This document shows positions 1 through 9,931 of a stretch of 64,000 nucleotides of DNA, piece by piece (position 1 is the stretch's first letter; each line of letters opens with the position of its first letter). The notes beneath the pieces are model-generated. The model made no database searches, was not told the origin of the DNA, and was given only the letters and a program-made list of their open reading frames with translations. The position numbers and the translations under genes were made by a program. This DNA is from Eubacteriales bacterium (GTDB lineage: Bacteria > Bacillota > Clostridia > Oscillospirales > JAAYOS01): the NCBI GenBank assembly GCA_050950785.1, contig JBMNIG010000024.1, positions 8,892 through 72,891 on the forward strand, given 5' to 3'.

Positions 1-2
1 CT

Positions 3-437
3 GTGGTCTATATGTGCCTGCCGGGCGATTACACCGGATATGTCCTTTTCTTCTTTGAAAATGGCAAGGTGGCAAAGGTCAATATCAACACCTACCAGAC
101 TAAATCCAACAGAAAGCGACTCACTAAAGCTTTCTCAGACAGATCACCCGTCGTTGCGATCCGCCATATGAAGGAAGATGGGGAGCTTGCTCTATTCTCA
201 AGCGATACGCGTGTGCTACTGTTTAATACCGCTTCCTTGACTCCTAAAGCAACAAGAACTACCATCGGTGTATCCGTAATGTCGGTTAAATCAAAGCACC
301 GTGTTGAGAAAGTAATGTCGGTGGAAGAGGCCGGTATTGTAAACCAATCGCGCTATAGAACACGAAAAATACCAGCTGCCGGATCATTCCTGAAGCCGGA
401 AGATATAGGAGAAACTCAAATCAATATTGAGATATAA
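3..437 (+). CDS. 3' end of a type IIA topoisomerase subunit A gene (GyrA/ParC-like C-terminal beta-pinwheel); the 5' part lies left of the window
   Basis: The frame is open to the window edge. The 144 aa form repeated short beta-strand blades (GYVLFFFENGKVAKV, GELALFSSDTRVLLF, IGVSVMSVKSKHRVEKV) as in GyrA/ParC C-terminal domains. Recognised by eye only. Confidence 0.45.
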   Translation: MVYMCLPGDYTGYVLFFFENGKVAKVNINTYQTKSNRKRLTKAFSDRSPVVAIRHMKEDGELALFSSDTRVLLFNTASLTPKATRTTIGVSVMSVKSKHRVEKVMSVEEAGIVNQSRYRTRKIPAAGSFLKPEDIGETQINIEI

Positions 438-485
438 TAAAACACGAATCAAGAATGGCAGCGACTGAAATGGGGCATGTAAACT

Positions 486-1355
486 ATGGCCAATACTAAG
501 ATCCGCGTATATCTGCTCGACACTTTGATCATTATTTTGGGCAGTGCGCTCTTCGCGCTCGGACTTGCTATATTCCTGGAACCAAATAATATCGCACCGG
601 GTGGAGTCTCCGGTATTGCCATGATCATAAATCATATTATTCCATCCATTCCAATCGGCGTCCTGATAATTATTTTGAATATACCTCTATTTTTGGCCGG
701 ATGGAAATTCGAAGGTAAACCCTTTTTGATCAAGTCACTATTCGGTACGTTCCTGTCCTCGATCATGATAGATCTTTTTTCAGACATCTACCAATATACA
801 GCCGATTCACTTTTAGCCGGTATATACGGTGGAATTTTGATAGGTGTTGGGCTTGGACTGCTGTTTACCAGAGGAGCGACTACCGGCGGTAGTGACATCG
901 TGGGCAGACTGTTAAGATTAAAGTTTCCCTATCTTTCAATGGGTCGACTGGTACTAGGAGTCGACTTCATTGTAGTCACTGCTGCCGCCATCACTTTTGG
1001 CCATTTTAACTATGCTTTATATGCCCTGATTTCACTATATATTTGTTCTATTACTTTAGACAAGATACTTTACGGCTTCGATAACGCCAAAGTTGCCTAC
1101 ATTATCACACAATATCCCCAGGAAGTTTTTAGAAGAATAGATACTGAGCTGGAACGGGGTGTTACCTTTCTTGAGGGGGAGGGCGCGTATTCCGGAAGAG
1201 CCACTAAAGTCATTTTGACCGCTATCAAAATGCGTCAAATCGCACAGCTTAAGCGAATTGTCCGCGAGGTGGACCCTTCCTCTTTCGTCATTATTTCAGA
1301 CGCACAGGAAGTGTTGGGAGACGGCTTTAGGGCGCACCATGATAAACAGTTCTAG
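486..1355 (+). CDS. YitT-family membrane protein (DUF161 N-terminal TM region plus DUF2179-like C-terminal domain)
   Basis: 289 aa. Multi-TM N-terminal part with PGGVSGIAMII motif, soluble C-terminal part (VTFLEGEGAYSG...ISDAQEVLG). Confidence 0.75.
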   Translation: MANTKIRVYLLDTLIIILGSALFALGLAIFLEPNNIAPGGVSGIAMIINHIIPSIPIGVLIIILNIPLFLAGWKFEGKPFLIKSLFGTFLSSIMIDLFSDIYQYTADSLLAGIYGGILIGVGLGLLFTRGATTGGSDIVGRLLRLKFPYLSMGRLVLGVDFIVVTAAAITFGHFNYALYALISLYICSITLDKILYGFDNAKVAYIITQYPQEVFRRIDTELERGVTFLEGEGAYSGRATKVILTAIKMRQIAQLKRIVREVDPSSFVIISDAQEVLGDGFRAHHDKQF

Positions 1356-1381
1356 CCAACCTATAACAGACGGAGGATAGC

Positions 1382-2596
1382 GTGAATAGGAGAAAATTAT
1401 CGCTGGCCATTATAGCTACCCTGACTGCTACGCTTATTATGTCAGGGGGATGCAATCTGCTTTTGTCCCGGGACTACATGGTCATCACACCTCATCTGGA
1501 AAACAGACTTGAAGAGATCGAGGGTAATGAGATGCGTGCCGAAACATTTCAGGAGCTGAAAAATAATATCCTGCGATTGATAGAAGAGGGCATTGAAGTA
1601 GGTACTATCCGTCTCTATAACTACACCGGGGACGTCGACACCGACACAGAAACAGCAATAACCCAAACAATGAAATATGAACCCTTGGGTGTATTCGCGG
1701 TAGAGTATGTATCCTACAAAAGCGTGAGGATCCTATCCTACCACGAGATAACTCTTACAATTACATATCGGAAGACAGCCGAAGAGATCGCAGCTATAAA
1801 AAAGGTGGATAGTGTAAAAGCCTTTCGAGATCTTCTGATAGATGCTTATTCAGGTTACGAAGACCTGCTGACAGTTGATATCCCTTGGTATTATACCGAT
1901 CAGTATAATGTCGGGGATATACTGCAATCCTACTATGACAACAACCCTCTCACTACTGCTGCTGCACCAAATTTCACAATGAGACTCTATCCTGACGCAG
2001 AAACGGAAGCAGGCTCGGGCTGGCAGAGGATATTGGAGATATCGTTTGATTATCCTGAATCCCAAGCAAGACTTCGAGAAATGTCTCGCGAACTGGTCAA
2101 GCAGATATCAAACCTATTTTCAGATATAAACTTACCAACAGATAAAAGTAAGTTCAAAGCTATTGAAGACCTTCTAAAGGAAAATTCAGTCGTAATTTCG
2201 TCTGTTGATACCGAATCCGAAGATCTGGATGTATCGGGTTTGGAATCTACTGCATACGGTGCGATCATTAACAAAAGTGCCACAAGCGAAGGATATGCCC
2301 TGGCATTTAAGGCAATGTGTGATTTTTTTGATATAGACTGTTATGTCGTCCGGGGACGCTTAGACGGTCTTGATCACTGCTGGAACCTTGTATCCACAGA
2401 AGATGGATGGTATCATGTGGATGTTGCTAGTGATATCACCACGTCAAGTTATGAATACTTGCTCTGCACTGATGATCAGATGACAGAAAGAGGTTTCCGT
2501 TGGAACACATCTGATTATCCGCTGTCGGCTTCTGATGTCATCAATGCGTTCCATACTACTGATGAGATTACTCAATCAGAATTGAATGAAGAATAA
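1382..2596 (+). CDS. Lipoprotein with C-terminal transglutaminase-like domain
   Basis: GTG start behind GGAGGA. Lipobox LIMSGGC. C-terminal core DHCWNLV...DGWYHVDV. A rho-independent terminator follows. Confidence 0.65.
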   Translation: MNRRKLSLAIIATLTATLIMSGGCNLLLSRDYMVITPHLENRLEEIEGNEMRAETFQELKNNILRLIEEGIEVGTIRLYNYTGDVDTDTETAITQTMKYEPLGVFAVEYVSYKSVRILSYHEITLTITYRKTAEEIAAIKKVDSVKAFRDLLIDAYSGYEDLLTVDIPWYYTDQYNVGDILQSYYDNNPLTTAAAPNFTMRLYPDAETEAGSGWQRILEISFDYPESQARLREMSRELVKQISNLFSDINLPTDKSKFKAIEDLLKENSVVISSVDTESEDLDVSGLESTAYGAIINKSATSEGYALAFKAMCDFFDIDCYVVRGRLDGLDHCWNLVSTEDGWYHVDVASDITTSSYEYLLCTDDQMTERGFRWNTSDYPLSASDVINAFHTTDEITQSELNEE

Positions 2597-2610
2597 AAAC
2601 CGAGTGTTGT

Positions 2611-2644
2611 AACCGCCTCAATAACCCGAGGCGGTTCTGTTTTA
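2611..2644 (+). terminator. Rho-independent terminator of the transglutaminase-like gene
   Basis: AACCGCCTC (2611-2619), 8-nt loop, GAGGCGGTT (2628-2636), followed by CTGTTTTA. Confidence 0.75.
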
Positions 2645-2724
2645 CATAAAATGCAATATAGTAGAACGTTTTATGCAAGTCGCACAATTCAAGTGTAACG
2701 TTTTTTGCTATTTTACAGATTGTA

Positions 2725-2755
2725 TGTAATAAATATTACTGGTATATTTATTACA
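2725..2755. promoter_or_regulatory. Operator-like perfect inverted repeat upstream of the solute-binding-protein gene
   Basis: TGTAATAAATA (2725-2735) and TATTTATTACA (2745-2755) are exact reverse complements with a 9-bp spacer. It is followed by the direct repeat CATAATTTATTA at 2764-2775 and 2791-2802. All lie within 100 bp of the ATG at 2822. Confidence 0.35.
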
Positions 2756-2821
2756 GTGTTGTTCATAATTTATTAACACATTATGGACAACATAATTTAT
2801 TAGTTTTTATAGGAGGATAGT

Positions 2822-4471
2822 ATGAAAAAATTATTACCATTTCTGCTAATGCTTGCAATTGTTCTTTCAATTGCGGCAGGTTGCGCTCAAGACGAGAAAA
2901 CTACGCCAGATCCTTCGGATTCTCAGAAACCTGTCACAGCGTCAGATGGACCCAGCGAAGATCCTGATGATGCTCCGCAACCAGGTGAGGTCAAGCTACC
3001 TCTCGTATCAGATAGAGTAGAATTCGATATTTGGTCAATGGCTTTTGATAGCTCGGCTGGTATTGAAGACGCAAACGGCAGCGACGCATATCAAAAATTA
3101 GAAGAGCTGACCAACGTACATATCAACTGGCAGCATCCGCCCGCAGCTGATACCGCTACACAATTCAACCTTATTGTTTCATCACAAGATTTTCCCGATT
3201 GCTTCCAGAACTATGTAAATATGTACATCGGTGGACTGGATAAGTACATAGATGATGAAATCATTATTGATGTCACCGATCTGGTAGACCGCTACGCGCC
3301 AAACTATAATAATGTGCGCAGTGCTGAAGACTTAGTGAAGGGTACTGTCACCGACTCCGGTCGTATGCCGGGCCTCTTTGGTATAAAAAAGACTCTGCAG
3401 CCATCATGGATGGGTCCGGTCACCCGTGCCGACTGGCTTAATGATCTCGGGCTTGAAGCCCCAGTTACTATGGATGACTATCACGACATGCTTGTAAAAT
3501 TCCGCGATGAAAAAGGCGCAGAAGTCCCTATCACCATTAACAACACGGGATTGTTCCAGCTTTTCTCTCAGGCATGGGGATTAGGTGTAAGTTTCTACCA
3601 TGTGGATGGGGTCGTTAAATTTGGTCCTATCGAACCTGAGTTCAAGGAATATCTTGCATTGATGAAAAAATGGTATGACGAGGGTCTATTTGAAAAGGAA
3701 TTCTATGTTGTAGCAGGCTCACGCTCATACGATACGGAATATACTCTTACCGGAAAGGTTGGAGTATGGAATGTTGCGTATAACTTTATGCAGACCAACT
3801 TGATGCTTGCCGCAGGAGACCCAACATATGACTTGGTGGCTATTCCCTGCCCTGTATTCAACGAAGGCGATATTAGAGAGATCGGACTTGAGACATACAT
3901 TCAGGTCGACCGCTTCCAAGGTAATATTGCATCGATTACAACTCAGTGCCATGACCCTGTCACTCTTGTTAGATGGTTTGACTATCTCTTTACCGAAGAA
4001 GGCGGGATCCTCGGAAGTTACGGCATTGAGAACAAGAGCTTTGTCTTCAACGACGAAGGCAAACCCGAATATACCGAACTAGTTTATAATAACCCGGATG
4101 GCTTGGCAGCTTTCAATGCAATGAATCGCTACGCTATGAGTCCAAACCAGGTTATGCTATATGATTGGGAGCGCGAGCTTCTCCCCAACATGTATCCACA
4201 AGCCCTTGCAGCTCCGAACATTTGGGATGCCAACTATCAGGATAAGCGGACACTTCCCTCAATGATGTCGATCTCCACTGAGGAGAGTCAGGAATATGCC
4301 GCAATCATGGGCGACATAGATACACTTTTGAGCGAATCGATCGTTCCGTTTATAATCGGCAGCAAATCCCTTGACGAATATGACGATTTTGTCAATATGC
4401 TCAAAGCATTGAGGATTGAGGACGCAATCGCAATTCAACAAGCTGCACTCGATCGTTACAACAACCGCTGA
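2822..4471 (+). CDS. Extracellular solute-binding lipoprotein (large family-1 ABC substrate-binding protein, LplA-like)
   Basis: AGGAGG RBS. Signal peptide with lipobox SIAAGC and a Pro/Asp/Ser-rich linker. 549 aa, typical of oligosaccharide-binding SBPs. No permease or ATPase genes are adjacent. Confidence 0.7.
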   Translation: MKKLLPFLLMLAIVLSIAAGCAQDEKTTPDPSDSQKPVTASDGPSEDPDDAPQPGEVKLPLVSDRVEFDIWSMAFDSSAGIEDANGSDAYQKLEELTNVHINWQHPPAADTATQFNLIVSSQDFPDCFQNYVNMYIGGLDKYIDDEIIIDVTDLVDRYAPNYNNVRSAEDLVKGTVTDSGRMPGLFGIKKTLQPSWMGPVTRADWLNDLGLEAPVTMDDYHDMLVKFRDEKGAEVPITINNTGLFQLFSQAWGLGVSFYHVDGVVKFGPIEPEFKEYLALMKKWYDEGLFEKEFYVVAGSRSYDTEYTLTGKVGVWNVAYNFMQTNLMLAAGDPTYDLVAIPCPVFNEGDIREIGLETYIQVDRFQGNIASITTQCHDPVTLVRWFDYLFTEEGGILGSYGIENKSFVFNDEGKPEYTELVYNNPDGLAAFNAMNRYAMSPNQVMLYDWERELLPNMYPQALAAPNIWDANYQDKRTLPSMMSISTEESQEYAAIMGDIDTLLSESIVPFIIGSKSLDEYDDFVNMLKALRIEDAIAIQQAALDRYNNR

Positions 4472-4530
4472 TCTCACAATGTAAAAAGCAAAGCAATTGA
4501 TTCTACTTCAATCACAATGCTTCAATTTTT

Positions 4531-4562
4531 CGGGCATGGACTTCAACTGAAGTCCATGCCCG
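4531..4562 (+). terminator. Hairpin between the convergent SBP and esterase genes (probable terminator)
   Basis: Perfect 15-bp stem CGGGCATGGACTTCA / TGAAGTCCATGCCCG with a 2-nt loop. The downstream T-tract is weak. A second imperfect hairpin lies at 4582-4611. Confidence 0.5.
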
Positions 4563-4621
4563 ATGTTCTTATGTATGCTTTGGCAGACAGGAGAACTGTT
4601 CCTCTGTCTGCCATATGTAAA

Positions 4622-5470
4622 CTAAATTTGTCGTTTCGCTCCGCCCTTTGCATATTCATCCGTGCGGGGGATCCAATCCAAAAACTTCTCTACTACCAAG
4701 TCCCAGAATCGCCATTCATGTCCATGATTTGGAGTCTCAAACCATGTGACATCCGCGCCGTATTCCGTCAGTTTATCACGAAATTCTTGATTGGCGTTGT
4801 AAAGGAAGTCCTTTGCACCACAGGCAAGGTAAATCTTCGGGAACTTCCGTCCTTCTTTATATATGCTTTCGGCAAGCGAACTTGGATCATACTGGGGATT
4901 TATTTTACCCGATGTGACACTTTCTGCCACCTCGTTAGTATCTTCAGCTTTGGTATCACCGATATTTGCCAATGCCGCAGGATTAAGGCTAACTGCCGCA
5001 GAAAAGGCGCCCAGTGCGGCAAATCGTTCCGGATTGTTGAGGGCATGTACCAATGTTCCATAACCGCCCATGGAAAGGCCTGCAATATATGTGTCCTCAG
5101 GTCGGTCGGATATTGGAAACATTCCACAAACAAACTCAGGTACTTCCTTCGATAAGAAATCAAAGAACCGATCACCTGACGGGTGATTTACATAAGACTT
5201 GTTTTCACCTGATATCATTACTACCGCAATGTTGCGTTCCTCTGCATAAAACTCGACATTTGTGTAGCCGGTCCATGTTGCATGGTTATTCGCCATACCA
5301 TGAAGCAGATAAAGGACCGGGTACTTTGTTTTTGGCTTATGACTTGGCTTACTTCCGGGCTCAAGTCCCATACCCATAGCCTCCGGTGTCGTAGGCGATG
5401 GTACTACCACTGTGATGTCCACTGCCCTAAGCAGTGTATACGAGATAAAGTTACATGTGAATTTTGCCAT
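4622..5470 (-). CDS. Putative esterase (alpha/beta hydrolase, 'putative esterase' family)
   Basis: 282 aa. Nucleophile elbow GLSMGGYGT and LYLLHGM oxyanion region. Length typical of this family. Confidence 0.6.
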   Translation of the reverse strand: MAKFTCNFISYTLLRAVDITVVVPSPTTPEAMGMGLEPGSKPSHKPKTKYPVLYLLHGMANNHATWTGYTNVEFYAEERNIAVVMISGENKSYVNHPSGDRFFDFLSKEVPEFVCGMFPISDRPEDTYIAGLSMGGYGTLVHALNNPERFAALGAFSAAVSLNPAALANIGDTKAEDTNEVAESVTSGKINPQYDPSSLAESIYKEGRKFPKIYLACGAKDFLYNANQEFRDKLTEYGADVTWFETPNHGHEWRFWDLVVEKFLDWIPRTDEYAKGGAKRQI

Positions 5471-5578
5471 TTGTCTTTCTCCTTCGCTTTAATTTATTAT
5501 TACTTCCTCGATTCTAAAAACAATTTTTTTAACCTTGGAAGCATTTTGCGTACCTATGCGATGTCCTGCACGTATTCA

Positions 5579-6715
5579 TCAATCCAATTTTATATCCCCA
5601 TCAACCATTACAAAAACGGGTTTGTAACAGTTGTCAAGAGCTATAATGTCAGCGCATTTACCTGGTTCTATACTCCCAATTTTGTGATAAACGCCAAGTG
5701 ATCGTGCAGGATTTTCAGTAACTGCAAGCACGGCTCTTTCAAATGGTTCTCCAGTCATCTCTATATACTTTGCAAGTGCCACGTCGAGAGATAAAGTGCT
5801 TCCTGCAAGTGTTCCTCCATCCATCAGGCGTGCGATACCGCTTTTCACCTCTACCGGCGAACTACCAAGTGTATAAATTCCATCGGGTAGCCCACCGGCA
5901 CGCATACAATCGGAAACCAATACGATCTTATCAGGTCCTTTGCAACGCAATGCAACCTCCACAGCAGGAGGTGCAATGTGATATCCGTCACAGATGATTT
6001 CAGCGTAAGCACTAGACAATAGAGCTGCTCCCAGCAGCCCCGGCTCTCGATGGTGCATGGGTGCCATACCGTTGTAAATGTGGACAATGCGCTTTGCGCC
6101 TGCCTTGATGGCATGCATTGTCTGCTCATAGTCGGCTGACGAATGTCCCAATGATACATTGATGTCCATTGAGCACAGATATCTGATAGCTTCTAAAGCC
6201 TGAGGTTGTTCCGGTGCAACAGCAATGTTCAGGACAGTTCCCCTGCTACCCACTAAGATCCTCTCAATCAGTTCAATCGAAATATCTTGTAGATACTCAC
6301 CCTGATGGGCCCCTCTGTATTCTGACGTTAAGAACGGGCCTTCTACGTAGCTTCCTAGTATTTTGGCACCTTCACAGCCACTCTTTATTGTCTCAGCTAC
6401 ATTTGCAAGCGCGCTTCTTATGCAGTCCTCGGAGGCAGTGACTGTTGTAGGTAAAAATGATGTTACCCCATGTGATGCAAGATACTTAGACATGGTATTA
6501 AGAGCATCGTATGTAGCGTCCATAGTATCAGCACCAGCGCAGCCGTGGATATGCGTGTCGATCAAACCGGGTATAACTCGATAACCGGAAAAGTCTAACG
6601 TCGTACCTTTTGGGCACTTGCCCGGCGTAACATCTTTTATGGTGCTACCTTCAACGCTAATCGTGGCTTCAGTGAGCCGTCCTTCGATCAATACTCTGTC
6701 ACTCCAAATAACCAT
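5579..6715 (-). CDS. nagA: N-acetylglucosamine-6-phosphate deacetylase
   Basis: 378 aa amidohydrolase with N-terminal metal motif LIDTHIHGCAGAD. Overall NagA length and layout. Confidence 0.75.
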   Translation of the reverse strand: MVIWSDRVLIEGRLTEATISVEGSTIKDVTPGKCPKGTTLDFSGYRVIPGLIDTHIHGCAGADTMDATYDALNTMSKYLASHGVTSFLPTTVTASEDCIRSALANVAETIKSGCEGAKILGSYVEGPFLTSEYRGAHQGEYLQDISIELIERILVGSRGTVLNIAVAPEQPQALEAIRYLCSMDINVSLGHSSADYEQTMHAIKAGAKRIVHIYNGMAPMHHREPGLLGAALLSSAYAEIICDGYHIAPPAVEVALRCKGPDKIVLVSDCMRAGGLPDGIYTLGSSPVEVKSGIARLMDGGTLAGSTLSLDVALAKYIEMTGEPFERAVLAVTENPARSLGVYHKIGSIEPGKCADIIALDNCYKPVFVMVDGDIKLD

Positions 6716-6889
6716 GTGTTAATCATACACTTTTTTGGTATTGGATTTCAAGACTATTTAGACATTTTATGAATTTTGGATTATTAGACGGTGATTCTCG
6801 GTCAAATGAATATGAATATTCGGGAAAGCAATTCCCTTTTTGCCACCATCGTTTGATCACACTTGATACGAATTTTCTGCTGCTTCAAT

Positions 6890-7876
6890 CTACTCAAGTG
6901 TGGCGTACATTATCGCTTTGATGGTATGCATGCGATTTTCCGACTGTGGAAAAACCAACGATTGCGGGCTTTCGAACACCTCGTTTGTTACCTCCATACA
7001 GGACCGGTTGAATCTCTTCCCCATCTCCCTGCCGATATCAGTCTTAAGATCATGGAACGAGGGCAGGCAATGCATAAATACAGCCCGTGGACCGGCATTA
7101 TCCATCAGTTGCTTGTTTACTTGGTAGGGCGAAAGCTCTCGCACCCGCTCTTCCCAAACCGATTGAGGTTCTCCCATGGATACCCAAACATCCGTATAGA
7201 TAACCTCTGCTCCTACGACAGCCTCATTTGGATCTTCACAAAAGCTGATAGTTGCGCCGGTTTGGCTTGCTATTTTGCGGCATTGCTCAACCAGTTCTGA
7301 ATCGGGGTAATATTTTTGGGGAGCACAAGCAGTAAAATGCATACCCATCATTGCGCAACCTATCATAAGGGAGTTGCCCATGTTGTAGCGGGCATCACCC
7401 AAATAAACAAGATGGATACCTTTTATCCCACCAAAATGTTCTTTTATAGTCAAAAGATCCGCCAGTACCTGTGTGGGATGAAATTTGTCGGTCAACCCAT
7501 TCCATACGGGAACGGAGGCATATTTAGCAAGCACTTCCACTCGCTGCTGAGAATATCCGCGGTATCCTATCCCTTCATATAATCCGGAAAGCACCCGAGC
7601 CGTATCGGCTATGCTTTCTTTTGCACCTATCTGTGAACCAATGGTATCCAGGTATGTCACACCCATTCCTAAATCATAGGCCGCAACTTCAAAGCTGCAT
7701 CGGGTACGTGTGCTTGTTTTTTCAAAAATCAACGCGATGTTCTTACCTTTTTTAACTTCGTGCAAAATCCCATTTTTCTTTTCGGCCTTTAGCTGCGTTG
7801 ACAAAGCAAGCAGTTCCTGTAGTTCGGAAGGTGTATAGTCCAGCAGCTTTAAAAAGTCTCTTCCGACAAATGACAT
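6890..7876 (-). CDS. argF: Ornithine carbamoyltransferase
   Basis: 328 aa with STRTRCSFE, HPTQVLADL, DVWVSMG and HCLPSFH motifs. Last gene of the arg cluster. Confidence 0.9.
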   Translation of the reverse strand: MSFVGRDFLKLLDYTPSELQELLALSTQLKAEKKNGILHEVKKGKNIALIFEKTSTRTRCSFEVAAYDLGMGVTYLDTIGSQIGAKESIADTARVLSGLYEGIGYRGYSQQRVEVLAKYASVPVWNGLTDKFHPTQVLADLLTIKEHFGGIKGIHLVYLGDARYNMGNSLMIGCAMMGMHFTACAPQKYYPDSELVEQCRKIASQTGATISFCEDPNEAVVGAEVIYTDVWVSMGEPQSVWEERVRELSPYQVNKQLMDNAGPRAVFMHCLPSFHDLKTDIGREMGKRFNRSCMEVTNEVFESPQSLVFPQSENRMHTIKAIMYATLE

Positions 7877-7879
7877 GGC

Positions 7880-9049
7880 TCAATCCTCCCCACATACATC
7901 TTTGATTATTTCTATCGCCTGATCCAGCTCCTTCTGAGGGATGTTCAACGCTGGTAATAGTCTCACCTTGTCTTTAGCACTCAATGGAAGCACACCTCTC
8001 TTTATGCACTCTTGAATAACGGCTTTCGAGTCTTTTGCAGTTTCAATACCAATAATCAAGCCCAAACCGTTAACGCTCTTTATCCCTTTGGCACCAACAA
8101 GAGTTGCAAAGATATGATCTGACTTTTCCTTAACCTCCTTGAGCAGTTTTGTATCTATTCGGGATAGGACACTTATGGCAGCAGCACAGCTCAAGGGATT
8201 GCCGCCAAAGGTGGACCCGTGGGTACCGGGTGTAAAAACATCGGCTGTTTTAGCACTAAACAACGTAGCTCCAATTGGCAGTCCTCCCCCTAGCCCCTTT
8301 GCGGTTGTGACAATGTCAGGCATAATTCCATAATGCATATAACCGTATAGCTCACCTGTTCGCCCGTTACCCACTTGGACCTCATCGGCAATAAGTAAGA
8401 TGTCGTAATCAGCGGCGATTTTAGCCATCCCCTTTACAAATTCCGGCTCCAATGGAATTACGCCCCCTTCGCCCAGTACGACCTCAAAAAGTATTGCCGC
8501 AACCTTGTTTCTTTCAACCAATTGCTTTATTGATTCAATGTTGTTGTGCTCGGCATGTAAAAACCCCTGTGTTAAAGGCTGAAAATCCTTATGAAAGGAG
8601 TCCTGACCCGTTGCCGCAAGCGTGGTAATGGTCCTTCCGTGAAAACTGTTTCTTAGCGTAATAATATTGTAGTATTCGGGTCCCTTCTTTTCGCAGGCAT
8701 ATTTTCGGGCTGCTTTTATCGCACACTCGTTAGCCTCTGCGCCCGAATTAGAAAAGAACACTTTTCTCATTCCCGTTCGCAAGCATAGCATCTCAGCCAA
8801 GACCGCACTTGGCTCTGTATAATAAAGATTCGATGTGTGCTGATATTTTTGCATCTGAGATATAACGGCCTTCTGCCATGCCTCATCGGCGAAACCAAAA
8901 GTGTTGACACCGATCCCCGTTCCAAGGTCAATATATTGCTTGCCTTCGCTATCCGTAACAATTGAACCCTTCCCGCTAACAATTTCAATGGGAAAACGGG
9001 AGTATGTATTTGCAATATATGTCTTATCCAGCTTCATGATCTGTCCCAT
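7880..9049 (-). CDS. argD: Acetylornithine aminotransferase
   Basis: 389 aa class-III aminotransferase with ADEVQVGNGRTG and TTAKGLGGG (PLP lysine). GAGGAG RBS. Lies between argB and argF. Confidence 0.85.
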   Translation of the reverse strand: MGQIMKLDKTYIANTYSRFPIEIVSGKGSIVTDSEGKQYIDLGTGIGVNTFGFADEAWQKAVISQMQKYQHTSNLYYTEPSAVLAEMLCLRTGMRKVFFSNSGAEANECAIKAARKYACEKKGPEYYNIITLRNSFHGRTITTLAATGQDSFHKDFQPLTQGFLHAEHNNIESIKQLVERNKVAAILFEVVLGEGGVIPLEPEFVKGMAKIAADYDILLIADEVQVGNGRTGELYGYMHYGIMPDIVTTAKGLGGGLPIGATLFSAKTADVFTPGTHGSTFGGNPLSCAAAISVLSRIDTKLLKEVKEKSDHIFATLVGAKGIKSVNGLGLIIGIETAKDSKAVIQECIKRGVLPLSAKDKVRLLPALNIPQKELDQAIEIIKDVCGED

Positions 9050-9052
9050 ATC

Positions 9053-9931
9053 CTACTCCTCACTTTGAAACATGGTTCCAATACCTTCATCGGTCAAGGT
9101 TTCGATCAAAAGCGCATGGGGGATACGACCATCAATGATAAAAGCTTTCTTTACTCCTCCATCAAGCGCGGAGATACAGCAGTCCACTTTGGGGATCATG
9201 CCGCCTGAGATTATCCCTTCTTCCTTTAATGCGAAAGCCTGTTTATATGTAATTTTTGATATCAATGTAGACGGATCATCCTTGTCTCGAAGGATCCCGC
9301 ATATATCGGTCATCAAAAACAGACTTTCAGCACCCAGGCTGGCAGCAAGCTCCGCGGCGGCAGTGTCGGCATTGATGTTATATACATTCCCCTGATTGTC
9401 GCAGCCGATCGTGGAGATAACCGGAATATATCCTTTTTCGATCACATCTAAAATCGGCTCCGTATTAGTTTGGATGATCTCACCGACATAGCCCAGCCTC
9501 TCATCCTTCATACGTGCCATTATCATATGCCCGTCAACACCGGAAAGTCCGATGGCTTTGCCGTCTTTGTTTTGGATCAGGTTGACCAGGCTTTTGTTGA
9601 TTTTGCCGGACAGCACCATCTGCACGATTTCGACGGTTTCTTTATCGGTAACCCGTAGGCCATCGATGAACTTACTCTCTTTTCCTACCAGTCTTAGCAT
9701 CTCGGTGATCTCAGGGCCTCCGCCGTGCACGAGAACAACTTTTACTCCTATTAAAGATAAAAGAACGATATCACGCATTACCGAGTCTTTAAGCTGCTCA
9801 TTGATCATGGCACTGCCGCCATATTTGATAACTATGATCTTGCCATAGTAATTTTGAATGTACGGCAAAGCACTTACTAAAATTGATGCGCGCTGCGCAT
9901 TTGATATTTGCATGGTCTCCTCCTTATTCAT
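9053..9931 (-). CDS. argB: Acetylglutamate kinase
   Basis: 292 aa with IVIKYGGSAM and VLVHGGGPEI. The start overlaps the argJ stop (ATGA). Confidence 0.9.
   Translation of the reverse strand: MNKEETMQISNAQRASILVSALPYIQNYYGKIIVIKYGGSAMINEQLKDSVMRDIVLLSLIGVKVVLVHGGGPEITEMLRLVGKESKFIDGLRVTDKETVEIVQMVLSGKINKSLVNLIQNKDGKAIGLSGVDGHMIMARMKDERLGYVGEIIQTNTEPILDVIEKGYIPVISTIGCDNQGNVYNINADTAAAELAASLGAESLFLMTDICGILRDKDDPSTLISKITYKQAFALKEEGIISGGMIPKVDCCISALDGGVKKAFIIDGRIPHALLIETLTDEGIGTMFQSEE

Noticed and set aside
4517-5155. 212-aa plus-strand ORF (similar cases at 10531-11040, 17530-18027 and 37086-37616)
   Set aside because: All are antisense to strongly supported genes (esterase, argJ, rplM, hemZ). 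They have Cys/Arg-rich nonsense-like translations and no RBS.
6716-6889. GGGAA-AGCAA-TTCCC plus T-run and a TGAATATGAATATTC ARG-box-like string between nagA and argF
   Set aside because: The stem is only 5 bp and is oriented on the plus strand, where there is no gene. The ARG-like string lies downstream of the arg operon, and I could not support a function.
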